From the NCBI GenBank assembly GCA_016210115.1, contig JACQUW010000326.1, positions 131 through 64,130 on the forward strand: a stretch of DNA of 64,000 bases. Direction: 5' to 3'. The DNA is from Deltaproteobacteria bacterium. GTDB taxonomy: Bacteria > Desulfobacterota > Binatia > UBA9968. Under the pieces are notes generated by a model. It worked only from the letters and a program-made list of their open reading frames with translations. It was not told the DNA's origin and did not search any database. Positions 1-6,935 of the stretch are shown one piece after another. The position numbers were made by a program, and so were the translations under genes. How positions within the stretch are numbered: position 1 is the first letter of the stretch; each line of letters opens with the position of its first letter.

Positions 1-74
1 GACCGGGTAATCAAGTGAAAGCGAGCAAAGAGTGGGCAGAGGGCAAAGGGCAGAAAAAACTCTGGAGAAGATTC

Positions 75-1055
75 ATGAGAAAAACAATCATTGGCTTCGC
101 GCTTGGCGCCATGCTCTTTGCACTTTGCGTGTCCGCCCACGCGCAGCAGCCGGGGAAGACGCCACGGATAGGTTATTTACAGATCGGCTCTGGACTCGGG
201 CCGGGATCTGAAGCATTCCTCCAAGGCCTGCGCGATCTCGGCTATGTCGAGGGGAGCAACGTCATCATAGAGTACCGGGGAGATCCCCAAAGAAGGGAAG
301 ATCGACTCCCGGAGCTGGCCGCTGATCTGGTCCGTCTCAAAGTGGACGTGATCGTTGCACTGGACCCACCAGCGGCGCGTGCTGCAAGGAACGCAACTAA
401 GACGATCCCCATCGTCATCAGGAGCACGGCAGACCCTGTTCGGGCAGGATTCGTATCCAGCCTTGCACGGCCGGGCGGAAACATCACGGGGATGACCTCG
501 ATCTCCACGGAGTTATATGGCAAGCGTTTGGAGTTGCTCAAAGAGATTATGCTACGACTCTCCCGCGTCGCCGTTATGCGGAATCCGGATCGTGGGGAGG
601 GCGCACACAACTTCAGGGAGATGCAGAATGTAGCCCGAGCGTTGGACCTGCAGCTTCAATCCCTGGAGGTCCGAGATCCAAACGATTTCGAAAATGCATT
701 CAGAGCCGCAGGCAGGGCTCGCGCGCAAGCGCTCATTACCATAAGGACTCCCCTCATCGTTAATCAGCGAAAACAGATTGCCGACTTGGCGGTAAAGAGC
801 CGGTTGCCAGCGATCTATGATGATCGCGCATTTGTAGAATCTGGCGGCCTGATGTCTTACGGTACGGACTTGGCTGATTTGCACCGGCGTGCCGCCATCT
901 ACGTAGACAAAATCCTCAAAGGCGCCAAGCCCGCCGACCTTCCGGTAGAGCAGCCGACGAAATTCGAACTGGTGATCAACCTCAAAACCGCTAAGCAAAT
1001 TGGACTGACGATCCCGCCAAATGTGCTGGCAAGAGCGGATAAGGTCATTAAATAG
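75..1055 (+). CDS. Periplasmic solute-binding protein, ABC_sub_bind (PF04392-like) family
   Basis: ORF 15..1055. Start moved to ATG 75, which has GGAGAAG upstream and gives the signal peptide MRKTIIGFALGAMLFALCVSAHA. Family-typical motifs RIGYLQ and RPGGNITG are present, as is the C-terminus PTKFELVINLKTAKQIGLTIPPNVLARADKVIK. Confidence 0.85.
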   Translation: MRKTIIGFALGAMLFALCVSAHAQQPGKTPRIGYLQIGSGLGPGSEAFLQGLRDLGYVEGSNVIIEYRGDPQRREDRLPELAADLVRLKVDVIVALDPPAARAARNATKTIPIVIRSTADPVRAGFVSSLARPGGNITGMTSISTELYGKRLELLKEIMLRLSRVAVMRNPDRGEGAHNFREMQNVARALDLQLQSLEVRDPNDFENAFRAAGRARAQALITIRTPLIVNQRKQIADLAVKSRLPAIYDDRAFVESGGLMSYGTDLADLHRRAAIYVDKILKGAKPADLPVEQPTKFELVINLKTAKQIGLTIPPNVLARADKVIK

Positions 1056-1560
1056 CAGGGAGCAAGGAGCATGGAGCAGGGGGAAAGAAACAGAATTCAG
1101 AGGTCGGAAATCGGAGGTCAATCTGGCACATGGCGAATGGCGTATGGCAGTAATGGATTCAACTCAGAGGTCAGAGGTCAGCAAAAGCACTCCGCGTAGG
1201 ATATCTGATTTGGGATTTCGGAATGCGGATCCTTCGACTTTTCTCAGGACAGGTTTTGCGTTGAGGAGAAGAACAATGGAACAATGGAAGGAATTTGGCC
1301 ACTCTTGCGGCATTCGGAAATCCGCAATCCCCAATCTCAAATCCGAATGCTACTGAGCCATTTGCTCTTTTCGCTTACCTCATCGGTTCTTCGAGGCGCA
1401 GCCACAAGACAAGCCGCTGAAGATTAGATTCTTACAGGTAAAATGTTGAAGACAATGACTTCAACAAAGTTTTTCGCGCCACAGGACGGCGCTTTGCTCG
1501 AGATGGTTTCTGATTTCGGATTTTCGAATGCGAATTTCGGATTGTGGATGGGGAGAAAGC
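1056..1560. repeat. Intergenic mosaic of short imperfect tandem words
   Basis: Runs include GGAGCA x3-4 (about 1058-1085), CAGAGGTCGGAAATCGGAGGTCA, ATGGCR x4 (1125-1157) and CAGAGGTCAGAGGTCAGC (1165-1182). Further runs are TGATTTGGGATTTCGGAATGCGG (1206-1228), GAACAATGGAACAATGGAAGGAAT and TGATTTCGGATTTTCGAATGCGAATTTCGGATT (1511-1547). Confidence 0.7.
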
Positions 1561-1601
1561 GGGGCAAGAACTGTGAAACAAAATCAGAAGGAGAGTGTGA
1601 T

Positions 1602-3203
1602 ATGAAGCCCAACCAACTGTTTGTAGTCCTGTCCCTCATAGCCCTTGTCTATGCTTCTTTGGGAAGAACACAGGAGCGGGCAACCGAGAAACTCGGGAAG
1701 GTTCACTTTCCAGTCTCCTGCAGTGCTGCGGCACAGAATCAATTCGACCGCGCCGTCGCGCTCTTGCACTCGTTCTCGCTCGATGAGGCGGCCAAGGCGT
1801 TCGCGTCGGTTGCCCAGGCCGATCCCAGCTGCGCGATGGCACACTGGGGCACCGCCGTGACGTTGTTCGGCAACCCGTTCACCTGGCCCTTAAGCGGCAA
1901 AGCGCTGCCCGACGGCTGGGCCGCAGTACAAAAAGCGCAGGCGGCTCAGGCCAAGACCCAGCGCGAGCGCGACTATATTGGTGCGGTCGAGGCGTTCTAC
2001 AAAGACTGGGACAAGGTAGACCACCGTACACGGGCGCTGGCCTACGTGAAGGCGATGGAAGGACTGGCGCAGCGCCATCCTGAAGATACCGAAGCGTCGG
2101 TATTCTATGCGCTGGCGCTCGATGTTACCGCCCTTCCCACCGACAAGACCTATGCCAACCAGTTGAAAGCTGCGAGAATCCTGGAAAAGGTATTCGCCGA
2201 GCAGCCCGACCATCCCGGCGTAGCGCACTACCTGATCCATAGCTACGATTTTCCACCCATTGCGGCACAGGGCCTGAGCGCTGCACGCCGGTACGCCGGC
2301 ATCGCCCCTTCCGCTCCGCACGCCCTGCATATGCCGTCGCACATCTTCACCCGGCGGGGACTGTGGGAGGAATCCATCGAGACGAATCGGCGCTCCGCCG
2401 CGGCGTCAAAAAACCATTTCGACAGCCTGCACGCCATGGATTACCTGGAGTACGCCTATCTGCAGAGCTCGCGGGACCGCGAAGCCAAGCGCGTGCTGGA
2501 CAAGATCAACGCCATCAAGAAAGTAGACCGGGAACATTTCGTCACCGCCTATGCCCTTGCGGCGATACCAGCACGTTACGCGCTTGAACGCGGCCGCTGG
2601 GCGGATGCGGCCGCGCTTTTACCCTACCCAGCCGAGAGGAGTTTCCCATGGGTCAAGTTTCCGCAAAGCATGACCATATTGGTTTATGCTCGCGCGCTGG
2701 GCGCCGCGCGCAGCGGCAACGCTGCCGCAGTGCGCGAGGAGATCGAAAGACTGAAAAGGCTGCGCGAGGCGATGATCGTAGCCAAGATTCCATACTGGGC
2801 ACAACAGACGGATATCCAAATCAAGGTCGCGTCGGCTTGGGCGGCATTTGCGGCGGGAGACAAACAGGAAGCACTTAAGCTCATGCGAGAAGGCGCCGAC
2901 ATGGAGGATGCGAGCGACAAACATCCCGTGACCCCTGGCCACGTCCTGCCGGCGCGTGAGCTACTGGGCGAAATGCTCCTGGAACTCAAGCAGGCCGCAT
3001 TAGCGCTGAAGGAATTCGAGGCGTCGCACAAACTCGAGCCGAACCGCTTCCGCGGCCTCTATGGCGCAGCACGGACGGCTGCGCAGTCGGGCGATATAGC
3101 TAAGGTAAAGACGTATTACGAGAAGCTTGTCGTCCTATCGAAATACGCCGATACCGAAAGGCCGGAACTTAAAGAGGCGAGAGCCTTCTTGTCAAAGAAG
3201 TGA
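1602..3203 (+). CDS. Secreted helical-repeat (TPR-like) protein of unknown function
   Basis: ORF 1443..3203. Start moved to ATG 1602, preceded by AAGGAGAG, giving the signal-like N-terminus MKPNQLFVVLSLIALVYASLG. Conserved-looking motifs are CAMAHWG, HPGVAHYLIHSYD and PHALHMPSHIFTRRGLWEES, and the C-terminal part looks TPR-like. Confidence 0.7.
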   Translation: MKPNQLFVVLSLIALVYASLGRTQERATEKLGKVHFPVSCSAAAQNQFDRAVALLHSFSLDEAAKAFASVAQADPSCAMAHWGTAVTLFGNPFTWPLSGKALPDGWAAVQKAQAAQAKTQRERDYIGAVEAFYKDWDKVDHRTRALAYVKAMEGLAQRHPEDTEASVFYALALDVTALPTDKTYANQLKAARILEKVFAEQPDHPGVAHYLIHSYDFPPIAAQGLSAARRYAGIAPSAPHALHMPSHIFTRRGLWEESIETNRRSAAASKNHFDSLHAMDYLEYAYLQSSRDREAKRVLDKINAIKKVDREHFVTAYALAAIPARYALERGRWADAAALLPYPAERSFPWVKFPQSMTILVYARALGAARSGNAAAVREEIERLKRLREAMIVAKIPYWAQQTDIQIKVASAWAAFAAGDKQEALKLMREGADMEDASDKHPVTPGHVLPARELLGEMLLELKQAALALKEFEASHKLEPNRFRGLYGAARTAAQSGDIAKVKTYYEKLVVLSKYADTERPELKEARAFLSKK

Positions 3204-3411
3204 GCCGATTGAGGCGGCGATCTTGGGTTGAAAGCCGTGAAAAAAACTACCTTCGCTAAGACAGCGAAAACAGGCCGGCCTTAGGATTCCGCGTAACGTG
3301 CTGGTGAGGGCAGCCAGGGTGATCAAATAAGACAACGCAACGGGCAAAGCGTCAAGTGCAAGGCGCAGAAGGCGAGAGGGAGTTAACAATAAAAGGACAG
3401 GAGAATAAAGC

Positions 3412-3860
3412 ATGAGCAGAAGAGGGTTTGTTCTTATCTGGCTGCTGCTTGCTGCCTTTCTGCCTGCTGTTTCTTTAACAGGGGCGCAACAGCCCAAAAA
3501 AATCTGGCGCATCGGTTCTTTCCATGTGGGTTTGGACCACGTCCCTCCTTCGTTCCCTGCTCTTCGCGAGGCCTTAAAGGCTTTAGGATACGAGGAAGGA
3601 AAGAACATCCACCTCGACTGGCGCAATCTGCCCGATGAGGAAGCCGCGCGTCGCTCTTCTCCTATAACCACGACCTTGCCTTCGTCGGCCGAGCCGCCGC
3701 TCCTTATGTGGACAAGATCCTAAAGGGCACCAAGCCAGCGGAGCTTCCCGTGCAACAGCCAAGCAAGTTTGATTTGGTCATCAATCTCAAGACCGCCAAG
3801 CAGATCGGCCTGACGATTCCGCCGAATGTGCTGGCAAGAGCGGACAAGGTCATTAAGTGA
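3412..3860 (+). pseudogene. PF04392-type SBP gene with large internal deletion and frame change
   Basis: The N-terminal roughly 80 codons have a signal peptide plus RIGSFHVGLDHVPP..LKALGYEEGKNIHLDWRNLPDEEAARR. Near 3645 they run into the C-terminal roughly 70 codons in another frame: LFSYNHDLAFVGRAAAPYVDKILKGTKPAELPVQQPSKFDLVINLKTAKQIGLTIPPNVLARADKVIK, stop 3858-3860. About 200 codons of a normal family member are missing. Confidence 0.8.
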
Positions 3861-3960
3861 TAGAAGTCAGAGGTCAGAAGTCTGAGGTCAGCAAAAGCAG
3901 CGCTTGTGATTTCGGATTTCGGAATGCGGCTTTGGAATTTAGGAATGAGAACAAGAAGGT
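3861..3960. repeat. Tandem-word spacer related to 1165-1228
   Basis: TAGAAGTCAGAGGTCAGAAGTCTGAGGTCAGCAAAAGCAG..TGATTTCGGATTTCGGAATGCGGCTTTGGAATTTAGGAATGAG. It shares the GAGGTCAGCAAAAGCA and TGATTTSGGATTTCGGAATGCGG modules with the spacer after the first SBP gene. Confidence 0.75.
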
Positions 3961-3979
3961 GAAATAATAGGTGACGTTT

Positions 3980-5068
3980 ATGCCAAAGAAAATTTTGATC
4001 GTGGATGACGAGCCGTTCAATCTCGACCTTCTGGAGCAGGAGCTTTGTGAGCAGGACTATGAAATCGAAAGGGCTAATGACGGCGTGGAGGCGCTGGAGA
4101 AGGTCCCGACTTTCGAGCCGGACGTCATCCTTCTCGACTATATGATGCCCAAGATGAACGGGCTCGAAGTGGTCCGGCGCCTGAAACAGGAGGAAAAATA
4201 CAGAGGGATCCCGGTGATTTTGCTGACTGCGAAGGCCTCTCAGGAAGACAAGATTAGAGGCCTCGATGCCGGTGCGGACGACTACGTGGTCAAGCCTTTC
4301 GACTCATTCGAGCTTCTTGCCCGGGTTCGCTCGATGCTGCGCATCAAACAGCTGCATGACTCATTGGATGAATGGAATAGGAATTTGAATGAGAAGGTAA
4401 ATCAGCAGGTAACCGAGATCGAGCGGATGGGCCGCCTCAAGCGCTACCTCTCTCCGCAGATCGCCGAGGTGATCCTGAAGAGCGACGACGATGCCCTTTT
4501 TAAGACTCACCGGCGCGAGATTACCGTGGTGTTTTTGGACCTGCGCGGTTTTACCGCATTCTCCGACAGCGCCGAGCCCGAAGAGGTCATCGACCTGCTC
4601 CGAAGCTATCACGCTGAGATGGGAACCCTGATCTTCAAGTTTGAAGGAACAGTGGAACATTTTGCCGGCGATGGGGTCATGGTCTTCTTTAACGACCCGA
4701 TTCCTTGCGATGACCACACGGAAAAGGCGGTCCGTATGGCTTCCGAGATGCGCGCGAGAGTCAAGGAGATCCGCGCCGGCTGGCTCAAGAAGGGTTATGA
4801 GCTCGATTTGGGGGTGGGCGTGGCGCGCGGCTATGCGACGCTCGGCAACATTGGGTTCGAAGGCCGAAGGGACTATGGGGCCGTGGGCAATGTGACTAAC
4901 CTGGCCGCGCGGCTCTGTGATGAGGCAAAAGGAGGCCAGATCCTCATCTCGCAGCGGGCCCTCGCCTCGGTCGAAGCATTGGTGGAGGTTGAGCCGATCG
5001 GCGAGCTTTCTTTAAAGGGATTTCACCGGGCTGTTCCGGCGTATAACGTGCTCGCGCTGAAATCGTAA
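3980..5068 (+). CDS. Response-regulator receiver domain fused to class III adenylate/guanylate cyclase domain
   Basis: The REC domain shows KILIVDDEP, DVILLDYMMPKMNG, LLTAK and DDYVVKPF. A coiled linker follows, then the cyclase domain (ITVVFLDLRGFTAFS, FAGDGVMVFFNDP, GNVTNLAARL). The ORF begins at GTG 3971; ATG 3980 is preferred. Confidence 0.9.
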   Translation: MPKKILIVDDEPFNLDLLEQELCEQDYEIERANDGVEALEKVPTFEPDVILLDYMMPKMNGLEVVRRLKQEEKYRGIPVILLTAKASQEDKIRGLDAGADDYVVKPFDSFELLARVRSMLRIKQLHDSLDEWNRNLNEKVNQQVTEIERMGRLKRYLSPQIAEVILKSDDDALFKTHRREITVVFLDLRGFTAFSDSAEPEEVIDLLRSYHAEMGTLIFKFEGTVEHFAGDGVMVFFNDPIPCDDHTEKAVRMASEMRARVKEIRAGWLKKGYELDLGVGVARGYATLGNIGFEGRRDYGAVGNVTNLAARLCDEAKGGQILISQRALASVEALVEVEPIGELSLKGFHRAVPAYNVLALKS

Positions 5069-5087
5069 GGCTTTCGTAGCCGAACCG

Positions 5088-5888
5088 TCAGAGGCGCAAG
5101 AAATCGCCGTCCTTCAAAACCATCAGCCGCTGGCCTTTGATCTTCTTCAGATCCCTAATGATCTCCTCACGATAGATCGGCTTCAGATGGGTTGCCAGAA
5201 ACGGAGTCGAGGGTCTTCCGAGCTTACCCGCCTCTTCGGCTAAGCTCTGAGGGGTGTGATGGCCGCTCTTGGTCGCGAGTTCCTGAAGCCGGTTAGGATA
5301 GGAGGTCTCCAGCACGACCGCGCAGAGATTCTTTTTGCGCCGGGCCAGAGACCAAATCTGTGCTGTGGGACCGGTGTCGCCGATGTGGAGCAGGGTCTTG
5401 CCTCGGTTAGTGATGAAAAACCCGGTGCTCGGAATGGAGTGATCCACTCGCACCGCGGTCACCACCGAATCGCCCACGGCCGCCGGTTCTTTTTCTCGTA
5501 GCGCGCCAAAGGACAGTATGGGCCTTGTCTGGTCCTCCCCGGTGATACGGGTAAAATCCGGCCATAGCGTATTGTTGAAAAGAGAGGCTTTTAAACCGGA
5601 GATGACGGGCCGGATTCCCCAGACGTGAATCGTAAACCCGTTGCCGTAGAGATTATCGGCGAGAGAAGCAAGCCCTAAGACATGATCCAAATGGCAATGA
5701 GTGATGAGAATGTTTTTGATCTTTCGCTGTTCGTTCAGGCTCAGCACAGAGGCCGCAGAACCCGCATCGATCAACAAAGAGCCGTTAACAAGATACGATG
5801 AAAGGTTCCGCCCCGGAAGTTGACCCCCGGCGCAACCGAGGACACGGAACTCTATGGTTGCATCCCTCATGCGTTTGCAGTAAATCAT
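5088..5888 (-). CDS. MBL-fold hydrolase resembling class II 3',5'-cyclic-nucleotide phosphodiesterase
   Basis: ILITHCHLDHVLGLASL matches the first nine positions of the class II PDE signature HxHLDH[LIVM]x[GS] as I recall it. The MBL-type layout is present (LIDAGS.., HxHxDH, later H and D). The gene is convergent with the cyclase gene. The start could be ATG 5888 or ATG 5870. Confidence 0.65.
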   Translation of the reverse strand: MIYCKRMRDATIEFRVLGCAGGQLPGRNLSSYLVNGSLLIDAGSAASVLSLNEQRKIKNILITHCHLDHVLGLASLADNLYGNGFTIHVWGIRPVISGLKASLFNNTLWPDFTRITGEDQTRPILSFGALREKEPAAVGDSVVTAVRVDHSIPSTGFFITNRGKTLLHIGDTGPTAQIWSLARRKKNLCAVVLETSYPNRLQELATKSGHHTPQSLAEEAGKLGRPSTPFLATHLKPIYREEIIRDLKKIKGQRLMVLKDGDFLRL

Positions 5889-5939
5889 AACCGCAAAAAA
5901 AATGGAATCTCCAATATCTGTTCAGGCCCTGGAGGTTGA

Positions 5940-6926
5940 ATGACCGCAGTGAAGTTCGCCCTGCTCTTATCGGCCATGCTCTTTTTTTCTTTGACGGCTG
6001 ATCGCGCCAGTCGGGCGGCGAATTCAAATCTACTCGTCGGGGTCCTGGTCCCAGAATACCTTCGTTCGGAGTCCCAGGTGATCAAGGGCCTGAAACAAGG
6101 GCTGGAAGAGGCGGGCTACAAAGAAAAGAAAAATCTCTTCATTGAGATGCGCAACGCCAAGGGCAACCGGGGGGCGTTAGATCCCCTGGCGCGGGAGTTG
6201 TTGAGCAGGAAAGTCGCCGCCATCCTCACCACCGGCACAAGGGCTACGCGAGCGGCCCTGTCGGCATCGGCAAACATACCAGTCGTTTTCTGCCATCCCG
6301 CGGACCCTGTCGCGCTGGGCCTTGTTAAAACGATGGAGCGGCCGGGAGGCAATGCGACCGGGGTGGCCGGCCTGGCTCTCCAGGCAACCCATAAGCGCGT
6401 GGAAGTGCTTCGGACGATTGTTCCCGGCACGCGCCGGGTGTTGATTTTTTACGACGCCAACAATCCCAATTCGCAGGAGAATTTCCGCATAGCTCAGACG
6501 GCGGCCAGCAAACAGGGGCTGCAGGTCTCGCCGCACCCGGTGAAGTCCACGGACGAATTGAAGGTTTCGATGAGCGCGCTTCAGGTTAATGACGGTGATG
6601 TTTTGTTTCAAGTATCCGATGACCTCGTGGATGGACAGGCGGCGTTTATTTTCGAAGAGGCACGAAAAAAGAAATTGCCCACTATTTTTAATGACGAAAT
6701 GTGGGCGATCAACGGCGCTATGCTGGCTTACGGCCCGAGCTATTTTGAAATGGGGCATCAAGCGGCCGGATTAGTGACTAAAATCTCGCGCGGGGAAAAG
6801 CCCGCGGCCCTGCCGGTGGAACAAGTCCGCAAGTTCGACCTGGTGATCAACTATCGAGCGGCCAGGGTAATCGGGCAGGATATTCCAAGAGCGTTAGTGA
6901 AAAAAGCCGACCGGGTTATCTGGTAA
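5940..6926 (+). CDS. Periplasmic solute-binding protein, ABC_sub_bind (PF04392-like) family
   Basis: GGAGG lies upstream of ATG 5940. The signal peptide is MTAVKFALLLSAMLFFSLTA. Family motifs are RPGGNATG and the C-terminus PVEQVRKFDLVINYRAARVIGQDIPRALVKKADRVI. It is a paralog of 75-1055. Confidence 0.85.
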   Translation: MTAVKFALLLSAMLFFSLTADRASRAANSNLLVGVLVPEYLRSESQVIKGLKQGLEEAGYKEKKNLFIEMRNAKGNRGALDPLARELLSRKVAAILTTGTRATRAALSASANIPVVFCHPADPVALGLVKTMERPGGNATGVAGLALQATHKRVEVLRTIVPGTRRVLIFYDANNPNSQENFRIAQTAASKQGLQVSPHPVKSTDELKVSMSALQVNDGDVLFQVSDDLVDGQAAFIFEEARKKKLPTIFNDEMWAINGAMLAYGPSYFEMGHQAAGLVTKISRGEKPAALPVEQVRKFDLVINYRAARVIGQDIPRALVKKADRVIW

Positions 6927-6935
6927 TCGTTTTTT

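Noticed and set aside
1021-1356. 111-aa ORF downstream of the first SBP gene
   Set aside because: It is translated entirely from tandem-word repeats (GAGGTCAG, GATTTCGGA and so on), has no RBS, and gives a low-complexity product.
1056-1560. Possible CRISPR array among the short repeats here and at 3861-3960, 51391-51470 and 56412-56494
   Set aside because: The repeat units are 6-11 nt (one case is about 39 nt, two copies). They directly abut each other without 25-40 nt unique spacers, and no cas genes are present.
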